Counted from the stretch's first letter, positions 50,517 to 64,000 are shown. The stretch: DNA of 64,000 nt from Sphagnum compactum (GCA_965153455.1 OZ234494.1:1302001-1366000), one strand, 5' to 3'. Notes: generated by a model from the letters alone, not told the origin. Program-made: numbers and translations.

Positions 50517-53500
50517 TCCTTTTGTAATGGGCATCATTGATTGGTTGGTCCATCACAAACAAATTTAATCAAACTTTGGACAATCCCAAAATAGATAGGT
50601 GCTTTGTAGTCTCCTCCTTTTGGGCTTGTTACATATGTTACAAGAACATAACTTAGGGCAAAGGATATGGGATAAAGTGAGGTTCTATTGCGAAAATGTT
50701 GAGGAACACACTGAGAACTTGGGAAAACATGTTGGGAACACATTGGTGGGAACACATTGGTGGGGACACTACTATCCCCACTTTTGTCATTCTTAAGTGA
50801 GTCTTTAAGGCTGATTGGTAGATTGGGATTACTTACATTGCTTAAACATTATATTTTTAAATCGATTATAATATTTTGAAAGTGTTTTCAAGTATTTTGT
50901 ATTCAAATTTACTAGATTTATTTCAAAAATATTATAATGTTATAATCGCATAATAAGAATATTGTTACATAAAAACAACATACAATGTCAACACGAACTT
51001 AGTTTGCACTCAAGAGTGTATAAATGAATAGTGATTACACCTGTTGTGGAGTTGTCTTATTGGGAATGCATGTAACATATGATTTCATGTTATGAAATCT
51101 AGAAAATTTACCATAATGTTCACTTTGTGTATAGAAGGATGTCTAATCATTCTGAAAATATCAATGGAAATTGTCAAGTGTACAATCTTGTCCTACCCTC
51201 AACATCAACCTTGAATGTACCAATTTCGTATGATCTATAATTTTAAAGCACCCATATTATCAGATTTTTTATTATTTGCCATTTGCATGAAAGCACAATA
51301 TCCATTTTAACCCCAACTATGTGTTCGAGTACCTTGAGACTTTCTATCTATTTAATGGCAAGATTTGAAGGCCATTGGATATGTGAAACTACACCATCAA
51401 ACAAAACATCTCCACAAATCTTCAAAAGATGCATCTTGGATACAAACTAATTGGGTTTTTATTTCAAAAGGAACCTTTGATCTTTTGTTTTTATGGATTT
51501 TCTAGTCCAATCTTGAGATTGGTTATTTGGATTTTTAAAACCTATAATTCCAGTCATTTTCATAAAGAGTTTGGAATTGGTCCAGTTTAAAACCAAGTCT
51601 AGTTCCATCTCCATTGCACCAACCAAATTATTATATTTTATTTTTGTTGTAATATTAATATGTTCAACATGTGCACATTATTCAAGATTGAGATTATGTA
51701 TTATTAATTATGTACAACCAACCAAATGCAATAACTTGTTTAAAATGTAAAGTCAAATTTTTAAAAATTTGTAATTCTAGTGGCAATGTTTCATTGGAAT
51801 TAGTTTATGTAGGATGGGATTTTGGTGATCATCACTTTGACAATTCCAGAACCATTCTAGATTATAATTCGTCATAGTTCAAATTTCATTTTAGAATCAT
51901 TTCTTGTTGTTTGTTTTGCACCCTTTCAATGTTTTTGTCTATTTGTATCTTGTTGCTTTTCTTACACCCTTTCAATGTTTTTTTTTTTGGGTGTGAACTT
52001 ATTTAATGAATCAAACTTTCATTAACAAGAATGAAAAAAATATTAATGAAATATAGTGACATATATACAAAATGACATATAGTAAATTATAGAATTTTAT
52101 CTTTTGAAAAGACAAAATTGATACAAAAAAATTATTATGTCCACAAAAAATAATTTAATCATTGTCACTAGTAGTGTGAAGCAACATGGAACCCAAATAA
52201 AATTATATTTATCTACCTTGGGAACATGTTCAAAATGAGACAAGGCCATTAGTTTAGGATATGATTTGATTTTGAAAAGAAAATTGATTGCCCAAGGCCA
52301 ATTCCAACAAAACTTGAAACCTCTAATTTGAAGACCTTAGAACTTGACCCATAACATGGACTTAAATTTGTTTAAATCCCAGAACTTACCAACACCAATT
52401 TCAACTAGTTTGAAACCACTTAATTCTTTATCACTAGTAATAATATTAAGGGTATAAAATGGACAAAATTGTTTAGCACTTCTTTTGAATGAATTGCAAT
52501 AGGTCACTTATAAGGGTATGTCTAAAATCAAAGAATGATTTTATGAACTTGAGGATAGAAACTAGTTAGTCATATCTTTTTTTTTGGGTGCTATGGTGGC
52601 TCATGTAGACATGAATTATTTTACGAACCATGAAGATGTATGGTTAATCCTAGGGTTCATATGTTCTAAAAACGGTGATCAAGCTTATTTGAATAGTTTT
52701 GACATCTTCAAACCTCTTACATAAATAAAAAAGATTCTAGGACTAAAGGATTTTATAATGTTTCAAATTTATATTTTAAAGTGTCAATAGATTATTTTTA
52801 AAATCAAATAATGATTAGTATATCATATGCACATGCTTAACTTCCTACCCAAATTTTGAAATAAGTCAAAGATTTTAAGAAATTAATAAAAATTTCCTTT
52901 TCTTGCAACCTCAAAATTAAAAACTTTCAACCTATGCCATCATTTCCATGAATTATTCCAATTATGTTCTCTGGATTTATCTAGAATCTATGATTTTAAG
53001 TTTTGTATATTTGTGCACCCTAATTTTTGAAAAGACACATTTGGACTTAATTACATGTCAAAAGACACATTGTTTGACTTTCATTTGTTTCAAAACGTCA
53101 TTTGCACAACTTTCTTCCCTCATCATCACAATCATCAATTGCTTCTCCCTAGAGCTCTGGTGCCATTGGAATGTTGCTAGAGCGTTGAAGGCTTGAAACT
53201 TGAAGAGGAAGAAAAAGAAGATGAAATTATCCAGTTTTGGAGAGGTATCAAAGCAGGTTTGTTATGCTTCCTGTGGGACTTGTGTAAGGCAACAATAGTC
53301 TTTCTTCTTTTGTTTTAACAAATGAAAAGAAACCTTTGAAAGCTTCAAAATTTGTTCAATGTTTTTGTCTCTGATATGTGCTTTGATGGAGGTTTTGATC
53401 TTAGGATGTCAAGGGGAAATGAGTACAAAAGGAGTCCATTTTGGGAATATAGAATTAGGGTCATCAAGGGGGAAATGAAAGATGAGCCACAAAACTCTCA

Positions 53501-56500
53501 AAGATGACTTCTCACTTTCATGGTGAATGAATCTCTTCAGATGATGTATGCCAACTACATCTCACCATGACACCAATTATCTTGTTTTGTTTGTTATTTC
53601 AACATATTTATAGAAGAAGACTATGCAAACCCCACATGGTAGAATGAAAACAATCCACCTTCACAATCTCAAATTCTTTTATATTTTTGTAATAATGATG
53701 ATTACACACTATTATTTTTGTTATCAACCTCGACATGCTTGTTGGTTATGTTTTCTATTACCAACAGACCAACCCATGCATGTTTGTTAGTTTTATTTTC
53801 TATTACCAACAAACCAACCTTGCCACCGGCCACAAAATCATATGGTCAAGCATGTACAACTCTATTTTTAGAAGGATATATGACTGCAGCTACACAACCA
53901 TGGTAACACATGTTCATGCTGCACAATAACCCTCTAAATGTGGATCAAATATTGTACATTAGATGAGATGACTAACAATGATAAAGTTGCCGTGGTTGCA
54001 CCTGAACAGCCCAAGATTGCATTTGAAACCCATTACAATTGAAGAAAGAGGTATGGGTCCTTAGAACTCCCACAAAAAATCCATGATTCTTGTCCATCCA
54101 TGTCAAATGAGGTTTGGCTGCATAAATGTATTACCTGATTGCAACAACATAACTTGCAATTACCCTTACAGCCATAAGCAATGGGATTCCAATTATGTAA
54201 TTCAATGGTTGTTGAATTATGTTTCAAGGAGTCCATATGACCTGATAGTTCAATGTAGTAGCATAGAGAAGCGGTGAAGTATTTCACCCTATAAGTATCT
54301 ACCAAATTGTGGTACTATGTTCAAGGAATCTTGTCAATGTCACAACCACCAATGACAAGTAGTTTGTTTGTACCACAACTAATGCAAATGTATCTTTTGT
54401 GTTTCTCTCATATTTGCAAACCCTCCTTTTATTATGTTAAAGGATGTAGACTAGAACTGCATTGATATGTGGGTTGCATGCATGTGGTGTTTGTTGACAC
54501 AAACTCCCCTACTACATAGGTTCATACAAGCAAATCCATCTTGAAGTTGTTGCATGATAGCACCTCCGATGAATTGTTGGTATTGGAATTATAGACAGAC
54601 ACATGTGGTGACATCAAGGAAACACCTGCAAAACCAACCACCATATAAAGGTAAGCTCTTCATCACCATAATTGAAGAATGTGGTGGATAGCAAGGCTGG
54701 TATTAAGTGTGATCTTTGTTTGTGGTTCATTTCTTTGAACCCTAAAAGTTTCTTCATTCAAACTACACTTGAAATACAAGGAAACTATAGGAAAGGGTTG
54801 AGAGAGCACACATGGACATTACTAACCATAGATAACCAGGGTTCCATTTAGGCCCTCTTGCTCATGATGTTCAAGAATAATCTTGGGTGGGAAGGTGCGG
54901 GAATTACAATTTGGCATGTTGGTAGCATGACAATCCTCTAAAACAAAAAACCAACAAATTGTTAGACAATATCTCAAGCATTCTTCATTTATGTACACGT
55001 GTGAAAAAGAATCCTTGTTGTAAAGTCCATGTGATGGCACTAATCTAAACCATGATCTTGGGCACATGCGGGAATGTGGTGAGAAAATAGCGTGTGCATC
55101 TTTGTGAAGGTTGATCAATAATCTAAGTTCTCAATTGAATGCTGGAAGTAGCAGCTTGTTATGGTATTGCGAGTTTGTGAAGAAAGAATGGCCATCGGCA
55201 AGCTTGCAAAGAATTGCTTAAGGGCAAGAGAGGATGGAAAATAACAAATTTACAAAACTGTTAAAATGGACGTGCAAGCATGGCAATCTAGTCTTGAAAC
55301 ATTTTGTCACAAGAAACTCATCTTCACTTAGGATGCTTGGATTAAAGATGCAACAAGAATTCCATTTAGCAAAACATGTCTGATTCATTGGTTATTTGGG
55401 TGCAATCAAACACTCCATGAAGCATCGTTCAACATATGATTGGTTCATAGAAGTAACAATTATACATAATCAAATTTACAACTAAAAATGATGATGGAAA
55501 CTAATGCATACCTCTAGACTTATCAAACCATGTATTTTTCTTCCAAAGCTCATGAAACTAGTGCATTTTCCAACCCTCTATCCTAAGTACAAATGTCAAA
55601 CACCAATAGGAATTTGACACAAACCCTGACATAATGTATGTTGGGAAGAACTATGTTCAACAGCCATGAAATACAATTACTGAAGTTTGATTGCATGATC
55701 TCACCACCACAAAGCTAATGCTCTTTTTGCATACCTGATTGCCTCTCCAATGTCTTCCTTTGCCATACTCATAATCTACCACCAATAGATAGAACAGCAG
55801 ATAGAACAAATCAACAAAACTAAAGGCTTCTTGTGTGTTTATGCAATTAATGGTAAATTGTGACAAGGCAATGTTCTCCAATGGTTTTCGAACTCCTAGA
55901 GACAACTTATGCATAATTGCCATCACTAGTGCTAGCCTCATCCAAGAAGTCTTAATAAATTAGATTTGTGGGCATCCAGCAAAGATACTTGACGGCCCAA
56001 CATTGACAATGCAAAGTAGGGGTTTGCCAAGACATCAATGAGTCACCAACCACTTCCATATCTATGCTGCTTATATCATAGAGGCAAATGTCACATTCTA
56101 ACCTTAGATATTCAATTTTGCAAGTCAAAGTTCTCACACCTTGTTTAAGCTTTCCAACAATGGGAGTATTGTTAGGCACAAAACGTTCTACAGTGTACTA
56201 ATGAAACTGGCTGACTAAATCAACTTTTTCCCCCCTTCAAAAATTTTTAAGCATGCAAGTGATAAAAAATGATCAAATGTATCCATGCCACACATACTTT
56301 GCCGAATGTCTTCAAGATGAAATCCACCACCTTAAATGCAAAAGTAGAAAAAATGATTTGTGTCAATAGTTGTTTCTACAACTATTTTCTCCAATACATA
56401 TTTGGATGGTTGTTTTCTCCATCTTGCAAAAGGATATGATGAATAAATTAAAAATAATATATGAGATTGTTTTCAATTTAAAAAAGAGTGTTATTTATAG

Positions 56501-57339
56501 CACCATGCTCAAAACCATATCTTTTGCTCAAAGTTGCACATCAAAAGTTTATATATATGACCTAATGGGATAGGAAATTTAAGTTGTATCTTGAAAATCT
56601 TGACTAAAAACTTTGATAACTTATTTAATGATGGGCCAATCAAAAAGGCTCATTGCTAAGATGTTTAATTGTGATATATGCTTACACTTTGAATTGAAAT
56701 ACTTGCATGCAAAAGTATTTCAATTCAAATGACATGGCCCTTCTATATTTTTAATTTTTTATAAGTATGATTTTTTTCCAACCCAGAGTTTTTTCCCTGA
56801 TCACGGGGTTCTAGTCATCATATAGGTTTTTAAATTTTTGATTAAAATATAAAATGATTGGAGGAAATATATTTTTATATTTTTTTCAATGAAACTAAAC
56901 ATTTAAAGCCAAGGTTCCAAAAACACTATAAGATTTATTTTTGAAATTGTGTTTTAAAATATTAACATTTCAGCAATGTGTGTTGACATTTCAAATTACT
57001 CACAACTAAAAGAAAATATTTTTTCTAAAGATGTCAATAATATGTTGCAAATTTCATTGATATCATCCCACTAATTACAAGATCACTTAATTTGAATATG
57101 TTTTGCCATTTTGAACATCATTATAAACATTAGAGATGGATTTTTTATGAATCGTAATTCTCAACATGAGAATGCATATTGACATTTTAAAAGTGTTTCC
57201 CTTGTTTTGCCCCAACTTTGGTTACAAGCTAAAGGCTAAGGTCACAAAATATAAAAAGGAATGTTCGTGGAACAACATTTATAATGATGATAACAAGGAA
57301 AGGTTTCAAAAATTGTAAAAGCTTCAATATGCTTCAACA

Positions 57340-59006
57340 AACATTTTCATATGGTAGAAACAATGCATGACATTATTTTACAAGCCATAATGATGGTTGT
57401 GTAAAAAAGTCAGTTCCTTGTTGTAAGTTGTGATGAGGTCACTACTGTAGACAACCAAAGCTAGTTGTCTATTCATGTATATGTATTTGAAGAATGGAAG
57501 ATAATCCCCATACTCTTTAACTTGCATAAAATTGTGGATGGAGAGATTTTCAAAACAACTAGACCTTCATCAATATAGTTTGGTGAAAATTGGAGATGTG
57601 ATTAAAACAAACATGGCCAACAAGCTCATGTATTTTGGAACAAATGGAGTGATAATATTTTAAGGTGTCAAAATGGGAGTTACCACATAGCTGGTGCAAA
57701 AACATGTTCCATTTGTGAATGATGTGTGTTGCATAACACACCACATAAACAGAGCCATTCAAACTTTGGATGGTTTGAGGTTGTTGGGCAAGATTGAAAT
57801 TCCACTTGCATTAATGTATAACTACTTCGCTCACAACCTTAAACACCATTTGGAAATATATAAGTTTGTTGAGTGCAATAGCAACAAGATCTTAAAGAAC
57901 ATCAAGACCCAATGGATGTCTATGTTGTCACCTTCCAAGAGAGTGTTGAATGAGTATCAAATGTTGGTTGTGAAAATGGTTGAAGACAATGTAAGCATTG
58001 TCATTATTAAAGCTAACTATGAACTTCTTTATGATGTGGAAAGATTGTTGGGTCTAGCTTGTGTCCTTCCCTTGTTGGAGTTGGTGCAAGGATTAATCAA
58101 ATTTGCATAAAGGTGTGACAGTTTCATATGTGACTTTATGTTGTTCTTAAGGTTTGTGAAGTAGACCTATATAATTTATATTATGATCTTAAAAAAAAGT
58201 ATCCATCTTCACACTTTGGTGCTTTCATTGATCTTGTTAAGCACATCCATGACCAATTGTGCTTATGCCGGTGGAAGGAACCTACCACCTAGATTGAATA
58301 CATTGTTTTTTTTTTGGAGGTAAACTTTATAATATGCTACATTTCACCAACGCAACCACAATGGAGGTGGGCCTTGTAACTAGGGAAATTAGGGCTAGAA
58401 TTGTGGATTCTATGAAGCAACAATGTTTTATAATAACTGCAAGTTTGATAATTAAATTGAAATGGTGATTTTTAACATGGAAGTTGTTGAATGCAATTGG
58501 GGTGATCTACCTTCAATATTGGCTTGTAGAGGTTGAAATTACGTTTCAGGAATACATAAGGCTTATTCAAATACATTTTGGGCACAACCAAGGCATGGGG
58601 TACTTTCGGTACATTTAGTGGGCCAATGATCAACCTTATTTTGCTTGATCAACAATCATTTTTTTTCAAACTAACAATGTAAAATCATTGCCAAAATGCC
58701 ATGTTGCTTTTCCATGATTGCAACCTAACCACTTGATTGTGAGAAAAACTTGGGTCTAGGGGGGTTCTAAATCAACATCTTTTAGAGCGATTGAAGTTGG
58801 TCAAATTATGCATGATTATGGTGTTGGGCAACATGGAGGACAGACACATTTTCTTGGATATAACATTCATCAAAACAAAGTTAAGGAATCACCTAATTAT
58901 GCATCTAAACCTTGTCGTACAAATGTATGCACAATTTTTTTGCAAACTTGAAACCTTTCCTCTTTACACAACAATGTGCAAGTGGAATGAAAACCAAGTG
59001 TGGTAA
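57340..59006 (+). pseudogene. Decayed hAT-superfamily (ZNF862-like) transposase: catalytic core and C-terminal dimerisation region
   Basis: Translation across stops and frameshifts gives FLVVSCDEVTTVDNQS*LSIHVY (first catalytic D), C-x2-HH-x-N (CITHHINRA), KILKNIKTQWMSML (T-R-W-like motif) and MIMVLGNMEDRHIF...IKTKLRNHL (hAT dimerisation-like). Confidence 0.85.
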
Positions 59007-59430
59007 ACCATGGACGCCTATCTTTATAATTTGGGATTATGTTGTTGCCAATCTATTCACAAGTTGAACATCGATAACTAAATGCATTGAAGGCCAAATT
59101 TTGTTAGTGCAAGTGCAAGTTGTTGGTTTAATACCAATAAATATTTAGCTATCCAAAATATTGCAATGAAATCTCCCCACAACCTCCCATACTAGCACTT
59201 AATGCCATCAAACTATTTAAATATAATTTTTTGTATTTGATTAGGTTTCTTGTTTGCCCCAATGAGCTTCTAAATCTATCTTTATGTGCCCATATTCACA
59301 ATCAACAATCCTCTTTTTATTTCTCCATTTGAATGTTTGTGTATTCATATTTTAAATTTTTTTTCTATATGATTGTCTTTGTATTCAAATGGGAATACTC
59401 CTAAATACCTTGGACAATCTATTGTTCATG

Positions 59431-59730
59431 CAGCATGTTACTATTGTTTTTTAGCATGTTTTAGCTGCTGTTATAGAGAGGAAAATTGCATTGGTGGGTG
59501 ATGCTTGTTCTAAACCTCCTATTACTATTAGATCTCACGATTTGCATGTAGGCAACATTAGAAGGGCCGTGGGTGAGATAACTTCCTACCACGAAAGAGA
59601 CTAGCTCTCTCCCTTTTTTTGGTTCCTACGAGCTATGCGTCTTTTGGCCTTTCTTTGGCCTTCCCTTTTTGTCTCCCCTATGATGGTTCCAGCCATTGTT
59701 CTTTTATTGGATTTTTGTGAGTGTTTTTCC
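59431..59730 (+). mobile_element. 5'-truncated 3' end of a non-LTR retrotransposon (CRE/RLE-type-like ORF C-terminus plus pyrimidine-rich 3' UTR)
   Basis: QHVTIVF*HVLAAVIERKIALVGDACSKPPITIRSHDLHVGNIRRAVGEITSYHERD* begins with a decayed version of the QRVSIALQR-x-x-A terminal motif of CRE-clade elements, followed by a T/C-rich tail. Confidence 0.55.
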
Positions 59731-62690
59731 TATTAAGCAACAAGTTCCTACCAAGGATGCTTCCACTAGAATTACTTCAATCTAAGACCCTACAATCATC
59801 AACAATGCATTTGTCATGATTCTTTTCCTAACCAACCAACAAGAGTGTCAAGATGCAACACATCACAAATGATGGGCTAGGTACATCCCTACACAATTGT
59901 TTGTTTATGAAAGGATTTGACCTTCCATTCTACCAATGAAGTGACCATTTGAGCAAATCCAAAGAAGCTATTATTCTAGTGGTAGAGAGGACAATGTAAA
60001 CAGCTAGAAGTAGAGAGCTTTGCTATGGTTGATGACTTGTAGAACAATAATCAAAAATTGATGAAACAAACTAAGATCTACCAAGTTAGATGAAATAACT
60101 TTGCAATCTTGGTCAAGGGTTTGTTCCAAGTATCTTATGCTTTTATGCCTACTCTTCACGTTATTCAGTAGCCACAAAAGTTATTGTGTTCTAGCTCCTG
60201 TCACCCCCTCTCTTGCCTTACCTCATTTGTACCTCATTTGTAGTAACCCCACATATAGAAGCATGAAATTTTCTATAGCCACATGAACCTAAAACATTCA
60301 TATAGTTCTCACCACCACGTTATGAACAAAGACTAATACACCTATTTACTTCTAAAACTAATTAATCTTTGTGTAGCCACTTGGATTCACCAGCCCTAAA
60401 ACAAATATGCACATTGGCAACTCAATATGAACGCCAACACCAGTTGATAAGTTACCCATCCTTGACTGAACAACAATCATACTGCTAAAGCACTGTCTAC
60501 AAATGCATTGATACCACCTGAAACCCCATGCTCACTCCCATTTTGCCACACAACAAACCCCCAAAGTACCACTTCACAAAATCATCTTCACAACTTAATT
60601 AGTTACAGCGTCTCCTGAAAATGCAACCAATGATAGAATGTAGCAGAAGCATGAACACAAAACACATCAACTACCCCAAGATAGAAACACAAAAACTCAA
60701 TGCACACTCACAATTGCAGATACTAAACCCATAGCAAGGATTCACATTTTCTTATTGCCCTATCTGCTCTCCTCATTGAAGTAATGTGGACAAAAGCAAG
60801 TTTTACACAAGCATTATAATGCACCTCTTATGTTTTTATTCTTCATACTAACATTTCTGCAGCCAGAACTCCTAAACAGGTGCTACATGCATTTTCTAAA
60901 CTGCAAGTTCCACCTTAAGAAACTTCTCCCACATCCCCAACACTAGAATCAATGTTACAAAACCTTATCAACAATCAACAAACATAACAGCATAACCTGG
61001 TTATGTACAAACAACAGATCTTTGAAGACCTTATAACAACACTTGCAACCCATCCAAACTTCATCCTGCACACGAAACATGGCACAGCCACAAGGTACCA
61101 ATCACTCCAAACAACACCCCAAGTTGTTGAGCACACCACAAAGCACCAAAAAATGTTACTGTCAGTCAATTCAAACCTCTGCATAATGGATGTCATCACA
61201 ATCAACAGTGTCTTCTGCACAAGCACCAAAACCCTGAAAACAGACAGGAAATCCTGTGGCATTCTCACTTCAGTCAATTCCTTCATCCTTCCCCATTCAT
61301 CACATTTCCTTTCACGTCACACTGGTGATATGTTGAAAGATTGTTCTGGCTATACTGGACTTGGGAGAAAAGCAATATTTTATGAAGATCGCATTCAGAG
61401 ATGAAAGTGCTAGGTGACACTTGTTAAGCACAAAGATGGTAGGTGCTTGCTGTGGGGAGGACTGCAGATCAAGGCCTGTTTGGATGCTCAAGTCAATTCC
61501 CACTTATTTTTCTTCAATGTGCTTACAACAATGGGGAGTGAACAACCCATGTCCCAACCTCGTCTGAAGACCATTTGGGCTTGCAAATCTTTCCAAGCCC
61601 ACATAACTCAATGGCAGTTGTATCACCTAGAACCTGCATGAACATTCCAAGCTGTTTTGCTGCTGGTTTTGACATGATACTGGATCTAAGCTCAATGTAA
61701 CAGAACCTGTTCCTTCTTTAGAATCTTGAAGAAGCTTGTCCGTCACATGATAAACTGCACATCAACTATCAGTTGAACAATGATCGTGAGAAGGAAAGCC
61801 TCAGCCACTCTAAAAACAAATTGCCAGAAAGCTAGCAAACTTGAAAATGCAAGATGAATCAAGATCCCAGGAAAGCATGACCTCTTATGATGTCATTTGC
61901 AGCAACCTTTCTCCTTTCCCATGGAGAATTGGGTCAGGAGCCTGAACAAACATTGCAACAAAAAGGAAAACTCATCCTCTGAAAGTTTGTTCCTTTGCAT
62001 ATTCCAACCACAACAGAGAATGCAAACACATACTCAGACAAGGAAGATTGTGTGATATCTCCAGGCTACATGGATTGTAGAGAACATCCTTAAGAGACTC
62101 CAAAAGGAACTTCATGTTTGTGAAGTATGCATTTTAGGGTTGAAGGGTTTGCTGGTAAAAGAAGTCACAAATCCAAAATTCTGATCCTCTGGAATGGAAT
62201 GGCAGCAGAAGAGCCCAAGCTGGGGGATAGTTGCATCTGCCTCCTTCCATGTTTCATTTTGATTGTCAGAGTTTGGGGACCAATTTCTTCCTCAAACGCT
62301 TGCAAAAATGACAAAAGATGTAGCTAGCTACCTGAGCGACAAGACAGGAGCTGAAGGTCCAATTTCCAGTCCTTAAAGAGCTTCTTCAGAATCAAGAACA
62401 CCAGACACTAAGGACATGTCTGAAGATGTGAAAAGCAACAACTCCTTAAATAATGCAAAAATTCCTTACACAATGCGTGTGCAACAAACGAAGAAGTCAT
62501 AACAGAATCACAAGAGAAAAGAAGACGGGACAGCATAGAAATGTTCATTCTAAGACCACAAACACTACAAGAAGATAACACATTGCCAAAAAAAAACCCT
62601 TACCCTACAACATGCACATTCCTTCAAGAATTGAAGAAAGCCGAAGAAGCAGGACTTGTACTGAAAGTATCTGAGACAGAGAGCAGCTAG

Positions 62691-63977
62691 TTATCGCCAA
62701 CGTCCTACTCTCTCGCGCTCATGCGCAGACTCGCTATACTTGCTCCAGCAGTAATCTTTGTTAAGAGGCACCTTGCCAATTTTATTGCCAGAAAACGGAA
62801 AGTCGCCAAAGCTGCTCCTCAACACTCCCCTCAGCTGTGTCTTGCTCAGAAAGGTAAGGACGCCTGTGTTGACGTTGCCTTCATAATCAAGCTGGATCTC
62901 ACCCTCTCCAGTTTCTCGGCCTCGCCATGAGAACTCAACGTCCTCGGCCGGAAATTTGGATGATGATAATGGAGGTTCCGTGGTGGAGCGAAGAATGCCT
63001 TTCAGAATCCCCATCCGGAAGTTTGCACACAGCAGGCGAGAGGTAGTCATCACAGCTGAGGGGTTCTGTTTTTTCTTCTGGTTGCTTTGATCATCGTCAG
63101 AATGACAACCCGAGCTGTAATCCGAGCAGCCTTCTTCTTCTTCTTCTTCCTCTGGTAGAGGCCTGTGGAAAAAAATGGACATCCTTCTATCGGCTTTTCG
63201 GTACTCCTTGTCCATTTTGCTGCAATCAATCGACCACTCACCCTCTACATCCACAAACTTTCCCTTCCCACCTGCTTCACATTCCTTGCGCATCGCTTCC
63301 GTCTTCTTCCTCTTGGCATTTGTCTCCTCATCTTCCCACAGCTTGCGCTTCTTCTCAATCTCACTCTTGCGGTCCCAGACAGCTGCTCGGTTCTTACCAA
63401 CCACAATCCAACGGGCACCAGCGTCACCAGGAGCATCAGCACTAATTGTGTGCAAACCCAACTCTTCAGCAGCTTCATGTACTCGTTGTCTTTGTTGGAT
63501 CTGAAGCACCAACACCTCTTCCTTCCCCGTTTCACCAAACTTCTCGCGAAGAAATCGATGGCTATCGAATTCAGCCTTCGCATTGTCGTCCAACCTAAGG
63601 TACTGCTTATCCCTCGCCTTCGCATTCTCTAGTAAGAACCGCCGATTAAGCTCCAGTTCAAGCTGAACCAGATGCTCCGGAGGACCTTGCAAGCCATTGG
63701 AGAGGGCAGTTTTGAGGCTATCACTCAGAGTGGCGATGGTGCTCGCAGATTTGATCTTGCACCCATACAGTTGCAGTTGAGCGAGCCACCAATCTTTCGA
63801 TCGCTTCAATGGGGTTGCCGTCGTGCTTTTCCGCTTAGGAAAAAGCCAGGCATTCAGGTTGTCGATTGTCTCTCGACATTGGCCCTTGTACGTAAGACCT
63901 GCACCAGAGCACTCAAAGGGAGGCGAAGAAAGGGGTTTGATAACAATAGGTTCAAGCATGGGAAGGCTCAAATCCAT
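62691..63977 (-). CDS. Intronless 428-aa hypothetical protein with a central R3H-like segment and an acidic low-complexity linker; motifs resemble uncharacterised fungal proteins
   Basis: Longest ORF in the window, clearly GC-richer than its flanks, with a strong gccATGG start context. Contains QRQRVHEAAEELGLHTIS...RWIVVGK (R-x3-H), N-terminal WWLAQLQLYG, and C-terminal FSWRGRETGEGEIQ...N.G.L.F...WSKYSESAHERERVGRWR. Confidence 0.85.
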   Translation of the reverse strand: MDLSLPMLEPIVIKPLSSPPFECSGAGLTYKGQCRETIDNLNAWLFPKRKSTTATPLKRSKDWWLAQLQLYGCKIKSASTIATLSDSLKTALSNGLQGPPEHLVQLELELNRRFLLENAKARDKQYLRLDDNAKAEFDSHRFLREKFGETGKEEVLVLQIQQRQRVHEAAEELGLHTISADAPGDAGARWIVVGKNRAAVWDRKSEIEKKRKLWEDEETNAKRKKTEAMRKECEAGGKGKFVDVEGEWSIDCSKMDKEYRKADRRMSIFFHRPLPEEEEEEEGCSDYSSGCHSDDDQSNQKKKQNPSAVMTTSRLLCANFRMGILKGILRSTTEPPLSSSKFPAEDVEFSWRGRETGEGEIQLDYEGNVNTGVLTFLSKTQLRGVLRSSFGDFPFSGNKIGKVPLNKDYCWSKYSESAHERERVGRWR

Positions 63978-64000
63978 GGCTAGTACTCACAGTCGCACGC

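Noticed and set aside
62721-63983. Antisense and alternate-frame ORFs over the 428-aa gene
   Set aside because: Expected shadows of a GC-rich CDS.

Overview
AT-rich eukaryotic land-plant genomic DNA: spliceosomal GT-AG introns, many microsatellites and scattered plant telomere-type TTTAGGG motifs. Repeat landscape and gene style suggest a bryophyte such as a moss, possibly Sphagnum (inference only). Three protein-coding genes are well supported. (1) A + strand SHI/STY/SRS-family RING-like zinc-finger transcription factor (~34.1/34.9-39.6 kb). (2) A - strand three-exon precursor (44956-43344) ending in a 13-aa RGF/GLV/CLEL-type sulfopeptide motif, DYRDPETHPPKSN; the ORF track splits it into three unrelated-looking ORFs. 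(3) An intronless 428-aa - strand ORF (63977-62691) with an R3H-like segment and flanking motifs I associate with uncharacterised fungal proteins (HGT candidate). Two more + strand spliced units with only small ORFs lie at ~9.9-11.1 kb and ~13.8-16.1 kb. The rest is decayed hAT transposase and CRE-like LINE fragments, Tourist-like MITEs, a four-copy dispersed repeat and several minisatellite arrays. No rRNA, tRNA or CRISPR features were recognised. All splice models were assembled by hand and need RNA-seq confirmation.
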